Shown here: one piece after another, positions 1-10,343 of the stretch | Layout: each line of letters opens with the position of its first letter | How positions within the stretch are numbered: position 1 is the stretch's first letter | Origin: an uncultured bacterium | GTDB taxonomy: Bacteria; Bacteroidota; Ignavibacteria; Kapaibacteriales; UBA2268 | Length of the DNA: 64,000 nt | Assembly (NCBI GenBank): GCA_942492935.1 | Contig: OW818654.1 | Coordinates: 3,587,918 to 3,651,917, forward strand | Direction: 5' to 3' | Notes under the pieces: generated by a model | What the model was told of the DNA's origin: nothing | The model's input: the letters and a program-made list of their open reading frames with translations, nothing else | Database searches by the model: none | Position numbers and translations under genes: made by a program

Positions 1-1753
1 ATCCATTTTACTTGTATCACTATTCACTTCACCAAAATCCAAATTATTTAGATTAACAGAGAATGAAGATGATACACCAGTACCTGTAACTGAAATTGAA
101 TCTTTCAAATTACTTGAATGGTTAAAATAAATAAAGCCATTTTGTAAGCCATCTACAACAGGTGTAAATGTTACATAGAATTTCTTTGATTCACCAGCAG
201 GAATAGTTCCATTTTCAGGACTATAAGTGTATTTAGTATTTGAACTTGAAATACTACTTATAACTAAATTCACAGTACCATTATTGGATACTGTAACTGA
301 ATCCATTTTACTTGTATCACTATTCACATTGCCGAAATTCAAATTATTTAGATTAACAGAGAATGAAGATGATACACCAGTACCTGTAACTGAAATTGAA
401 TCTTTCAAATTACTCGAATGATTAAAATAAATAAAGCCATTTTGTAAACCATCAACTATTGGAGTGAAAGTTACATAGACTTTCATAGAGTCACCGGCAG
501 CAATAGTTCCATTTATAGGACTATAAGTATATTTAGTATTTGAACTCGAAATACTGCTTATAACTAAGTTTGTACTTCCATTATTTTTAATCATTACTGA
601 ATCAACTTTACTTGTATCACTATTCACTTCACCGAAATTCAAATTATTAGGATTTACAGCGAATGCTCCTGAACCTCCTTCTCCACTTACGCTAATGGAA
701 TCTTTGGCGTTTGAAGCATTATGATTGAAATATACAAATCCTGTCCTCAAACTATCGTCAAGAGGAGAGAATGTAACATAATATTTCTTTGTTGCACCAG
801 CTGAAATTGTACCATTTTCTGGTGTAACTGTATATGTAGTATCTGAACTTGTAACACTTGTGATGACCAAGTTTGATGTACCTGTATTAGTAACTGTAAC
901 TGAATCCATTCTACTCGAATTGATTTCAACAATCCCGAAATCTAAACTATCAGGGTTAACAGAAAATATTGGATACAATCTAACGGGTTTTGTAGATGAA
1001 AAACCTGCAGCCATGGTAACTGCACCTGTAAATGCTAATGCCCTACCATCCATTGAAGAACCTGTACCGAATGATATTGATTGGTCAGCAAGAATTGTAC
1101 CTTTGAACGTGGCGTAAGTTCCTATAGTAGCTGAAGAACCAACCTGCCAAAATATATTTGCAGCTTGGGCGCCACCTGCTAATATTACTTTAATACCACT
1201 TCCAACATTAAGCGATGTACCAATTTGAAAAATCCATACATCGTCAGCACTACCTGTAAGTGTAACATCAGAACCCGTAATGGCAGCAGCTGATGTAAAT
1301 TTATACAATCCCGGTACCAAGTTTAAACCACCAATATTTCCACCATTTGGATTTAAAAAATCTCCTGTTGGAACTGGTGTTCTACCTGCTGCATCATTAT
1401 ATGACGTTGTCAAATCACTTTTTGCAGTTTGTAATAGCGATGCATCAATTACCGACCCTACTGGTCCAGTTGCATCAACAACATATAAATATCCTGTTAC
1501 ATCTCCACCATCAAAACCTATAACATAGCTACCAGCAGCTGGACTTAATCCAACGTTTCCTGTCATTGAAACAGTAGGAATTCCAGTAATCGTAGAACCG
1601 GCAAGAATTACGAAATCCTCATTTGATAGTAAGTTCAAAGCAGGGATTGATAATGCAAAAGGTGTTCCAGTTAAGGCAATAAATAACATTGCCACAAGGA
1701 ACCGTGTGGAATAGTTATACATACTTGCTATGTTAGTCTTAAGAAATTTCATA
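1..1753 (-). CDS. Secreted ice-binding-like (DUF3494/IBP family) protein with tandem choice-of-anchor-D (ASH-like) repeats; 3' end (C-terminus) lies beyond window start
   Basis: Manual minus-strand translation from ATG at 1753 gives the signal peptide MKFLKTNIASMYNYSTRFLVAMLFIALTGTPFALS. It is followed by an IBP-fold region (…ILAGSTITG…AAGRTP…LVPGLYKF…IFWQVGSSATIG…DGRALAFTGAVT) strongly resembling DUF3494 ice-binding proteins. Then come ≥4 ~100-aa repeats (LDFGxVxxxSxxxDSVTVxNxGTxNLVITSV…). The ORF is open to position 1 and is absent from the ORF track only because it is edge-truncated. Confidence 0.7.
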
Positions 1754-2295
1754 GATTTACCCATAATAAAATTAATTTTGTTTACTGCTTCCATTCTGAA
1801 AGCAAAGTATATTTACAGAAGTTTACTTCTGTTCATCATGATGTCATAATTAGACTTTTTTTTCTCTTGCTACTTTTTTTTTATTAGTAGCTGCTACCCA
1901 TTCGTAGATTATTTTTTTCCATTTCCTCCTTAAAATATGGGAAATCAGTACACTACAAAAGTAATAGTTTTGTTCATACTAAATGTTACAAACTATAAGC
2001 TATTAGTTACATGCTTTACTTATTTTCGGATTTTTTATTTATGATTGACATTTGTCATAAAATCAATATACGATATTTCAGCTGGGATTTTCAAAAGAAG
2101 AAACAATGTGATTTTTAAAATGGATTATTGAAACAAATTATTGAAAATTATTTGGATAATATTAAATTTATGTTTAATTTTCCTTTTTAATAATTGTAAT
2201 TCTCTAATTATAATTCAAACATACGTTTTGGGGAATTCTAAAATAATAGAAGATTTTTATCGTAAATAGTTCCTATACTAATTATAAAGGTTGAT

Positions 2296-3708
2296 ATGAA
2301 AAAGTATTTTTTAAATTCGCTAGTTGCAGTATTTGTTATAATACTTGCTACTTTTTATTTTACAAATAGTTCCCAGCAAGGACACGACCATAGTTCTTAT
2401 TTTAGTGAGCCGTTTGCAACTCCGCAAGACCTAACCAAAGCATGTTTGGAGTGTCATGACGATGCCGCTGTTGATTTCATGAAAACACGCCACTGGAATT
2501 GGGAAGGCGATGAATTTGAAATGAAAGGCAAAGGAAAAATGAAATTTGGCAAAAAGCAAATAATCAATAATTTTTGTATTGCCGTGCCATCCAATGAGCC
2601 AAGATGCACAAGTTGCCATCCGGGTTATGGCTGGAAAGATAAGTCTTTCGATTTCACCAAAAAAGAAAATATCGACTGCGTGGTTTGTCATGACGGCACA
2701 AAGACTTACACAAAAACTCCAACCGCCGCAGGTATGCCCGACCCAAAAGTTGATTTGCTCAAAGTGGCAAAAAGCGTTGGCAAACCTACAATCGAAAATT
2801 GCGGTGCTTGCCATTTCAATGGTGGTGGCGGAGAGGCGGTTAAGCATGGAGATTTAGATCCTGCTTTGCTCAAAGCAACCAAAGATGTAGATGTTCATAT
2901 TGGTGGAATGGGCTTCCAATGCACAAATTGCCATAAAACCGAAAAACATAAAATTTCTGGTGCCGGACATGGTTCGATTGCCGCAAATACAAATCATATT
3001 TCATGCGAAAATTGCCACAGCACAAGCAAAGCAAATATTCACAAAAATCAAGTTTTGAACAAACATACAAAATCTCTTGCTTGCGAAACTTGCCATATTC
3101 CTTCCATCGGAAGAAATATGCCTACAAAAACGTTTTGGGACTGGTCAACAGCCGGTATGAAAGTTGATGTTAAAGATGCAAATGGAAGATACACTTATTC
3201 GAAAATGAAAGGTGATTTCAAATGGGAAAGCAACGTTGTTCCAGAGTATTTATGGTATGATGGTAGCGGCGATTATTACCTTGCAGGCGATAAAATCGAT
3301 CCAAATTCTCCAATTTATTTGAATAAAATGAATGGAAATATCAGCGATAAAAATTCCAGAATCACTCCATTCAAGAAGATGGTTGGCAAGCAACCTTATG
3401 ATAAAGTTAACAATTATCTTATCGTACCAAAATTATTCGGTCCTGACGGCTACTGGAAAACTTACGACTGGACAAAAGCATCTACTCTTGGAATGAAAGA
3501 AATCAATCTTCCGTTTTCTGGTGAAGTTGGCTTTGCCGAAACATACATGTATTGGCCTCAAAATCACGCAGTTGCACCAAAAAATCAGGCAATAAAATGT
3601 AATGAATGCCATTCAAAAGGCACCCGTATGAATTGGCAAGCACTTGGCTATCCAAATGGCGACCCAATGAAAAAAGGTGGCAGAGAAAAAATTGGTTTGC
3701 TAAAGTAG
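2296..3708 (+). CDS. Octaheme c-type cytochrome (tetrathionate-reductase/Otr-like family), secreted/anchored
   Basis: Eight CxxCH heme-binding motifs (CLECH, CTSCH, CVVCH, CGACH, CTNCH, CENCH, CETCH, CNECH) in 470 aa. N-terminal hydrophobic signal/anchor. The size and motif spacing are typical of the OTR/ONR octaheme family. Confidence 0.8.
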   Translation: MKKYFLNSLVAVFVIILATFYFTNSSQQGHDHSSYFSEPFATPQDLTKACLECHDDAAVDFMKTRHWNWEGDEFEMKGKGKMKFGKKQIINNFCIAVPSNEPRCTSCHPGYGWKDKSFDFTKKENIDCVVCHDGTKTYTKTPTAAGMPDPKVDLLKVAKSVGKPTIENCGACHFNGGGGEAVKHGDLDPALLKATKDVDVHIGGMGFQCTNCHKTEKHKISGAGHGSIAANTNHISCENCHSTSKANIHKNQVLNKHTKSLACETCHIPSIGRNMPTKTFWDWSTAGMKVDVKDANGRYTYSKMKGDFKWESNVVPEYLWYDGSGDYYLAGDKIDPNSPIYLNKMNGNISDKNSRITPFKKMVGKQPYDKVNNYLIVPKLFGPDGYWKTYDWTKASTLGMKEINLPFSGEVGFAETYMYWPQNHAVAPKNQAIKCNECHSKGTRMNWQALGYPNGDPMKKGGREKIGLLK

Positions 3709-3719
3709 TAATGAAAAAA

Positions 3720-3753
3720 ATCTATCCGTTGCAAAATTAAGCAACGGATAGAT
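3720..3753 (+). terminator. Stem-loop (13-bp stem ATCTATCCGTTGC/GCAACGGATAGAT) 11 nt after cytochrome stop; probable intrinsic terminator
   Basis: Perfect inverted repeat seen in sequence, preceded by an A7 run. The downstream U-tract is weak. Confidence 0.45.
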
Positions 3754-4311
3754 TAACTTTACTGCATATTTATTGAAATATTCCTAATTTCCTCCAAAAG
3801 TAACCATTAAAAAATAAAAATAATCCTAAATCCCAAGTCGAGCGTTAAAACACCTGCAATTTGGCATTAATTATGTAATTTATATTTGTCGATATATAAT
3901 TTAATTGAAAGGCGAATTGAAGTAATTCAATAATGAAAACGCTATAACACAAGACACAACAACTTTGAACAAACGAAATCCTCCAATTTTGAGAATATTT
4001 TTGAAATGAGAACTAAAATCTATGAGTAAAACTATCAATTTTTTTAATACAAAGTCAAAAAAACAACAAAATGCTTATATTTATTCTTTGGTAATTATTA
4101 ATTTTAAAAATATTTTTTTTGAAGAATGAATATAAAATCCCCGCTTTTGTTTCCAATGATATAGTGCTTATAATCAATGTTTTATAAGCTTATACCTATT
4201 ATTACCACGCAATTCACAAATGAAGCCGATAACATTTGAATATTTATCGGCATGTTCTCTGGTGAAGAAAAAATATTATTAGAACAAAATAATTCAATAA
4301 CAAACTTGGTA

Positions 4312-6906
4312 TTAATTTCTAAAATAAAATCTTGATGACTTAGCAATACGAATATAATGAGAATTTTGAGGCATCTTTACTTCTTCTCTTTTCATATTAT
4401 TTTTTATCTTATTTCGCAATTTAACGGTTTTTATATAATCAGAATTTTCATATCTTAAAATTTTACTTCTTATTTCAAATGCTTTTTCTATGTAAAATTT
4501 TGCTTTCTCATAGGATCCGGTTTGAAAAAGTGTTTCAGCAAAATTATAATAAGATAATGCTAAATCCGGATTATATTTATCTAAAGTTTTTTCCTTTATT
4601 TTAATTGCATCTATATTGTACTTATTAGAAAAATTATATTCTTTCAATTGAGCATAAGCAAAAGCGATGTTTGTATAATTTGCTGCTATTAAAATTTGAT
4701 TTTCTTCCGAAAAAACTAGATTACTATCTAATGCTTTGAAGAAATAGTTTAAAGATTTAGTATAATTACCAATACTTAAATAGGAAATTCCAATTTCATT
4801 ATATATAGCAGCTAAATGTGTTTTTGGTCTGTCCACTGATGTGATCAATATATCTAATTCACCGAAATTATTTGTAATAGTTTCCCAATTATCAGGTAAT
4901 TTTTTATATATTTCAGCAATTTTCAAGTAAACTGAATCCAAATCTGATTTTTGTTTATCCAATACATTTTCTAATATTTTTATTTCTTCTAAATAATTAT
5001 TTATTGCTAAAGATGACGATTCTAAAATAATATATAAGGAAGCAATATCATTATACGTTTTGGCAATTTCAATATCAACATCATCATCATTATCTTCATT
5101 ATCTAACAATTTATTATATATTTCCAATGCTTTTAAATAATACTTCAAAGATTTATTATATTCCTTTAAATTTTTATAAATTAAAGCCAATTTATTAAAT
5201 GAGTGTACCAAAGTAATACTACAATTACCAAATACTTCTTGTACTATATCAATTTTTTTTAAACAATATCCTATAGCATTATCATAATAGCCCATATAAT
5301 ATAAAGAATTTACAATATTATCATAAATTTCGACTAAATCAGGATGTTGTTTATTTGAAATTTTCTTTTTGATTGCCAATATTTTTTTTTCAAATAATAT
5401 TGAATTTTCGTAATCTCCAATTAATCTATATGTTGTTGCCAAACTTTTATAAGAATCAGCTAAATCAGGATGTTTTTTCTTTAAAATTTTCTTTCTAATT
5501 TCTAATAATTTCAAATCAAAAATGATTGAATTTTGGTAATCGCCTAAGAATCTATATGTTGTTGCCAAATTTTTATAAGATTCAACTAAATCAGGATGTT
5601 TTTTCTTTAAAATTTTCTTTCTGATTTCTAATAATTTCAAATCAAAATTGATTGAATTTTGGTGATCGTCTAAGAGTCTATATATTGTTGCCAAACTATT
5701 ATATGATTCGGCTAAATCAGGGTGATATTTACTCAAAATATTCTTTCTGATTTCTAATAATTTCAAATCAAACAAAATTGAATTTTGGTAATCGCCAAAA
5801 AGTCTATAAGTTGTTGCCAGACTTTTATAAGATTCGACTAATACAAGATGTTTTTTATATAAGATTTGGTTTCTGATTTCCAATACTTTTAAATCAAAAT
5901 AAATTGAATTTTGGTAATCCCCTAAACATCTATACGAAACAACTATTTTATTGTAAACTTCAACTAATTTTGGATGACATTTATTCAAAACTTTCTCTTT
6001 TATTTGCATTGCTTTTAAAAGAAACTCAAGAGATTTTCGATAATTATTTAATTGTTCATAAAATGAGGCTATCTTTTCATAATACTCTGCTAATTTAAAA
6101 GGATGTTCAACAAACATTTTCTCCTTAGTATTAAAAAACTTTAACTCATATTCTAAACTTTTCTGATAATTGCTGGATTGAAAAAATATTTCTGCCAAAT
6201 TATTCGATAAATCTGCAATTATACAATTTTCAATATCAAAATTTTTTATAATACTTTCTGCAAAGGCAATTAAAATATTTTTTGACTGATTGTCTAAATT
6301 TGAATAATTTTCAATTTGATTTGTTATATTATTAATTAGAATGCTGCAATTCTTTGTATTCGGATGCAATTTATTTTGAATAATTTTTTGGATTAATGGA
6401 TTGATATCTAACATATTATCTTCGATTCTAAGCCAGCCCCTTTTTATTAAAGAATTCAATGTTTTTTCAAACTCATTTTTAGTTTCAATAGTTATCGAAA
6501 AATATTTATGTAAATCATTCGAGCTAATTTTGATTGAGGGTAATATTGAGAAATAAAGAAGATACTGTTTTTCAATATCAATTAAAGACCTATATTCAAG
6601 CATCTTGCAAATATATTTGAAAATCTTCGTTTCTTTACTCTTAAAAAATATTTTTTCTTCAATATCAAAGGAAGGGTTTTCAGCTTTTTCATTGCATACT
6701 TTAATAGTTAATTCATCTAACTTCATCTGAAATTTTGATTTATCCTTAATCCTTTGAAAATTGATATCATCGAATAGCAATACTATAAGATTCTCATGAT
6801 TATAAGTACTAAACTGATTGATATTTGAATTAATTTCATCAAATAAATTGCAATTATCATTATTTGAAATTAATTTTATTGTTTCACTATTATTATTTGA
6901 TTCCAT
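4312..6906 (-). CDS. Tetratricopeptide (TPR_12-like) repeat protein, 864 aa, with N-terminal non-TPR domain
   Basis: About 14 consecutive ~42-aa repeats of form HPDLxxSYxxLAxxYRxxGDYxNSIxFDLKLLEIRKKIL. The N-terminal 280 aa has an hhhhDD motif (NLIVLLFDDINF) and an LPxxxK…FP-like segment reminiscent of the NB-ARC Walker B and winged helix, but no P-loop. Confidence 0.6.
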   Translation of the reverse strand: MESNNNSETIKLISNNDNCNLFDEINSNINQFSTYNHENLIVLLFDDINFQRIKDKSKFQMKLDELTIKVCNEKAENPSFDIEEKIFFKSKETKIFKYICKMLEYRSLIDIEKQYLLYFSILPSIKISSNDLHKYFSITIETKNEFEKTLNSLIKRGWLRIEDNMLDINPLIQKIIQNKLHPNTKNCSILINNITNQIENYSNLDNQSKNILIAFAESIIKNFDIENCIIADLSNNLAEIFFQSSNYQKSLEYELKFFNTKEKMFVEHPFKLAEYYEKIASFYEQLNNYRKSLEFLLKAMQIKEKVLNKCHPKLVEVYNKIVVSYRCLGDYQNSIYFDLKVLEIRNQILYKKHLVLVESYKSLATTYRLFGDYQNSILFDLKLLEIRKNILSKYHPDLAESYNSLATIYRLLDDHQNSINFDLKLLEIRKKILKKKHPDLVESYKNLATTYRFLGDYQNSIIFDLKLLEIRKKILKKKHPDLADSYKSLATTYRLIGDYENSILFEKKILAIKKKISNKQHPDLVEIYDNIVNSLYYMGYYDNAIGYCLKKIDIVQEVFGNCSITLVHSFNKLALIYKNLKEYNKSLKYYLKALEIYNKLLDNEDNDDDVDIEIAKTYNDIASLYIILESSSLAINNYLEEIKILENVLDKQKSDLDSVYLKIAEIYKKLPDNWETITNNFGELDILITSVDRPKTHLAAIYNEIGISYLSIGNYTKSLNYFFKALDSNLVFSEENQILIAANYTNIAFAYAQLKEYNFSNKYNIDAIKIKEKTLDKYNPDLALSYYNFAETLFQTGSYEKAKFYIEKAFEIRSKILRYENSDYIKTVKLRNKIKNNMKREEVKMPQNSHYIRIAKSSRFYFRN

Positions 6907-6914
6907 AAATAACC

Positions 6915-7103
6915 TTAAAAAAAATTTACCCTATTACCCCTCTCTACCACACCATTTACCTTCAATTTGATGATTTCAATTGCTTCTAATCCGTCATTAT
7001 CAACAACTTTTTCCTCTTTACTCATTTTTTTCAATACCAGCTTGTTGAGCAGATGCAAAGCATAATATCGAAACAAGCAAATATAGCTCAATGACCAAAA
7101 CAA
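6915..7103 (-). CDS. Small hypothetical protein (possibly starting at internal Met, MSKEEK…, coord 7025)
   Basis: ORF-track only. It lies between acd and the TPR gene on the same strand, with no recognisable domain. Confidence 0.2.
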   Translation of the reverse strand: MFWSLSYICLFRYYALHLLNKLVLKKMSKEEKVVDNDGLEAIEIIKLKVNGVVERGNRVNFF

Positions 7104-7119
7104 GCAACATTTTAATTAT

Positions 7120-9177
7120 TTATTTTTCTATTCTAATTCTACCATCAACAGCAATAACAGTATCTTTTTTCCCTAATAGTGGGTTCAAATCAAGCTCTGA
7201 AATTTCAGGAGCAGCATCAAGTAAGGCACTTAACCTAACAATAATATCTGCAAATATTTCTTGATTGACTCCTTCACGTTTTCGGACGCCTTCAATTAGC
7301 TTATAAGATTTCAACGATTTTATCATAGTCAATGCCTCTACTTTACTGATTGGTGCCAATCCAAAAGACACGTCTTTCAGAACCTCTATAAAAATTCCTC
7401 CAAGTCCGCAAAGAATTATATGTCCAAAATTGTCTTCATGTTTTGCACCTACAAATAATTCAGTACCATTCAACATCGGCTGCAAAAGTACACCAATAGC
7501 TCCTTCAATTTCCATCATCTTTTCAAATTCTGCTTCTACAGTAACTGCGTGCCTTAAATTAAGTGCAACTCCTCCAACATCTGTTTTATGAATAGGTCCA
7601 ATCACTTTCATAACCACAGGAAAACCTAATTCTTCAGCAAATTTAACTGCCATTTCTTTAGTATTTGCTAATCGTTCTGGTACTCTTGGTATTCCTGCAG
7701 AATCTAATAGAATTTGTATTTTATCAGGTGAGAGATAACCACTTTCTGACTTATCTATAATTTCTCTGATTTTTACTCTGTCAATTTCTGGAAATTCATA
7801 AGTTTCTGCTGGTTTTGGAGTAGTATAAACTTTTGAAAGTGCTGCTCCTAAAGATACTTCATCTGTAAAATCAATTCTGCCAAGTGAAAGGAAATGCTGA
7901 ACTGCTTTTCCTGCTTGTACTACTGATGGTAAGCATGGATAAATTGGCTTCTTGCACCATTTCATTTTTTCGTGAAGAACATCATAAACGCCGGTTACAT
8001 CAAACATACCGGTAGTTCCAAATATTACTACAGAAGCATCAATATTATGAAATTCTCTATCTACATATTCAAGAATTGTTCCTAATTGGTCAGCACTACC
8101 AGTTGCGAGAAAGTCAATCGGATTAGAAACTGAAGAACCATGATAAAGTTGGGAAAGCAATTCTTCGGCAGCAGCACCTGATATTGGAGGTACATTCAAG
8201 CCACCTTTTGCTAAAGCATCAGTTAGCATAACACCAGAACCACCTGCATGAGTAATAACCGCTATATTCGGACCTTGCAATTCTTTGTGAAGTAGCACCC
8301 CTGCTACATAAACAAGTTCAGCCCTTGAATGACAACGAACAACTCCAGCTTTTTTAAACAATGCATCAACAGCTGCATCCGAACCAGCCAATGCTCCTGT
8401 ATGAGATGATACTGCTCTTGAACCAGCTTCAGTAGTTCCAGCTTTAATTGCTGCAATCCTACAACCTTTATTGATTAAAGAACGACAATGTTTGAGTAAT
8501 TTTTCTGGTTTTATGATTTGTTCAATATAAAATAATTTTACTCTTGCACTTGTGGCTGGGTCAAAATGTTCGTCCCAATATTCAAGCACTTCTTCTACAC
8601 CTATTTGGGCGCTATTTCCAACTGATAATATATTTGAAAATCTCAAACCTCTTGGCACAGCCATTTCCAAAATAAAGCATATTGTAGCACCTGAACCTGA
8701 AACTAAATCACAACCATTTTTTTGAGCCAATTGTGGAACTAAACCAGCAAACACACCTTTATAATTTTCATTGAGAACACCAATACAATTCGGTCCAATT
8801 AAAGAACCATTTACAGATTCTGTAATTTCAACTAATTTTGCCTCTAATTTCTTGCCTTCTGCTCCAAATTCACTAAAACCTGCTGATAATACAATAAATG
8901 CTTTTGTTCCTTTTTCTTTTGCAAGAATTTCCATAGCACCGGGTATTGCTCTTGCAGGAATTGCCAGAATTGCAAGGTCTGTATTTTCAATTTCAGAAAC
9001 GCTCTGATAACATTTCAAACCCTGAACTAAATTTTCTTTCGGATTAACAGCGGTAATTCTACCTCTGAATCCACCGTCAATGATATTTTTAATAATTTTG
9101 CCACCGGGCTTTTCTACATCATTCGAACCACCCACAATAACAATACTTTTCGGATTTAATAATTCTTTAACTAACAT
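7120..9177 (-). CDS. ADP-forming acyl-CoA synthetase (acetate--CoA ligase [ADP-forming], fused alpha/beta; NDP-forming family)
   Basis: N-terminal CoA-binding domain (IVIVGGSN…). Succinyl-CoA-synthetase-like ligase-CoA domain. C-terminal ATP-grasp (…VMKV…GGVAL…). 685 aa, typical of the fused Acd. Confidence 0.8.
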   Translation of the reverse strand: MLVKELLNPKSIVIVGGSNDVEKPGGKIIKNIIDGGFRGRITAVNPKENLVQGLKCYQSVSEIENTDLAILAIPARAIPGAMEILAKEKGTKAFIVLSAGFSEFGAEGKKLEAKLVEITESVNGSLIGPNCIGVLNENYKGVFAGLVPQLAQKNGCDLVSGSGATICFILEMAVPRGLRFSNILSVGNSAQIGVEEVLEYWDEHFDPATSARVKLFYIEQIIKPEKLLKHCRSLINKGCRIAAIKAGTTEAGSRAVSSHTGALAGSDAAVDALFKKAGVVRCHSRAELVYVAGVLLHKELQGPNIAVITHAGGSGVMLTDALAKGGLNVPPISGAAAEELLSQLYHGSSVSNPIDFLATGSADQLGTILEYVDREFHNIDASVVIFGTTGMFDVTGVYDVLHEKMKWCKKPIYPCLPSVVQAGKAVQHFLSLGRIDFTDEVSLGAALSKVYTTPKPAETYEFPEIDRVKIREIIDKSESGYLSPDKIQILLDSAGIPRVPERLANTKEMAVKFAEELGFPVVMKVIGPIHKTDVGGVALNLRHAVTVEAEFEKMMEIEGAIGVLLQPMLNGTELFVGAKHEDNFGHIILCGLGGIFIEVLKDVSFGLAPISKVEALTMIKSLKSYKLIEGVRKREGVNQEIFADIIVRLSALLDAAPEISELDLNPLLGKKDTVIAVDGRIRIEK

Positions 9178-9497
9178 AATAACATTCTATAATTTATTTC
9201 AAAAATTAATTAATTTACACAATCAAATATATTAGCAAAATTACTCAAAACCTATTAAATTACAAAGTATTATAAAGAAAAATAAAACAATATACAGATT
9301 TTAAAGCTGACCATATCTTAAAACAAATTGATAACTATTCGACCGATATAATTTTATATTTGCCAGTTAATTTCAATTAAATATAAAGTACATTTGAAAT
9401 TAATGGAAAATAATGCACCCGTAAACAATTAGTTCCAAAATAGTATGTTTATTTTGATGCTCTAATTATGTTAATAATTCCTGCATAATTTTAAATT

Positions 9498-9671
9498 ATC
9501 GCGTAGTGATTGCATTATGGTAATAAATTTCAAATACAAAATTTCATTTATCACGTAGTGATTATACCATTTAACTTATAATATTACAAAATGTTACTAA
9601 TAATTTAATCACTACGTGATAACTCATCAAATAGCAATTCATCGCTTACCATAATTTAATCACTACGCGAT
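9498..9671. promoter_or_regulatory. Four 13-bp palindromic operator-like sites ATC(A/G)C-N3-GTGAT at 9498-9510, 9550-9562, 9608-9620 and 9659-9671, nested as outer and inner inverted pairs
   Basis: Read directly from the sequence. Sites 2 and 3 are perfect palindromes. Sites 1 and 4 are reverse complements of each other. Centre-to-centre spacing is 51-58 bp. Flanks also form a 28-bp inverted repeat (9490-9518 vs 9648-9676). Confidence 0.5.
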
Positions 9672-9918
9672 AAATTAAAAACATTTAGGAAAATTATTTA
9701 TCATTTTTACCCATAGAGTAAACATAACAGTACCAAACTCTTGTCTAACTTAGTAGTCAAACATCCTATGTTTTGGAATCATCGGATGTTTTAAAATAGT
9801 TAGCTGTAATATACACATGATTTTTTCACTTAGAAACTGAGCAATTTCAAAAAAATAACAATTCTTATAATTGAAAATTTGTTATTTTTGCTTTTTTGAA
9901 ATATAAACGGTAAAAATT

Positions 9919-10341
9919 ATGAAAAAATTAGTTGCTGTATTATTTATTATGAGTGTGATTTGGGGATGCTCTTCAAGTACTTCACCAGAAAGCATAATTG
10001 ATAACAATTGTATAGAATCTCGAATATTCTTTGGATTATCAAGTCCAGCAGGTGAAATAACAGATGAACAATGGCAATCATTTATGACAAATGAAATTGC
10101 TTCAAGATTTCCATCTGGATTCACTATAATAGATGCAATTGGATATTGGAGAGAATGTGATACGTGTCAATTTTATCAAGAAAAATCAAAAATGATGCTA
10201 TTAGTTTATCCTGATAGTTTATTCAAAAAAAATATACCGATAATTGAAGATATGGCTTACAAATATATAGAAAAATTTAATCAGCAAGCCGTACTTCAAT
10301 CATCAACAGAGGTCAATTGCGAATTTTATTTCAAAAAATGA
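9919..10341 (+). CDS. Hypothetical lipoprotein
   Basis: Signal peptide with lipobox (…VIWGC). 140 aa. No confident family assignment. Confidence 0.5.
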   Translation: MKKLVAVLFIMSVIWGCSSSTSPESIIDNNCIESRIFFGLSSPAGEITDEQWQSFMTNEIASRFPSGFTIIDAIGYWRECDTCQFYQEKSKMMLLVYPDSLFKKNIPIIEDMAYKYIEKFNQQAVLQSSTEVNCEFYFKK

Positions 10342-10343
10342 AA

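Noticed and set aside
2431-3070. Antisense/alternate-frame ORFs (138, 92, 66 aa) inside the octaheme cytochrome gene
   Set aside because: They lie entirely within a strongly supported CDS (8 CxxCH motifs) and arise from its elevated GC. No motifs.
6907-7110. Idea that the small ORF 6915-7103 is the missing P-loop N-terminus of the TPR protein
   Set aside because: It is in a different frame (offset 2) and its sequence has no GxxxxGK[ST]. Kept only as a low-confidence separate ORF.
8771-9007. 78-aa + strand ORF inside acd
   Set aside because: Antisense to a well-supported gene; low-complexity translation.
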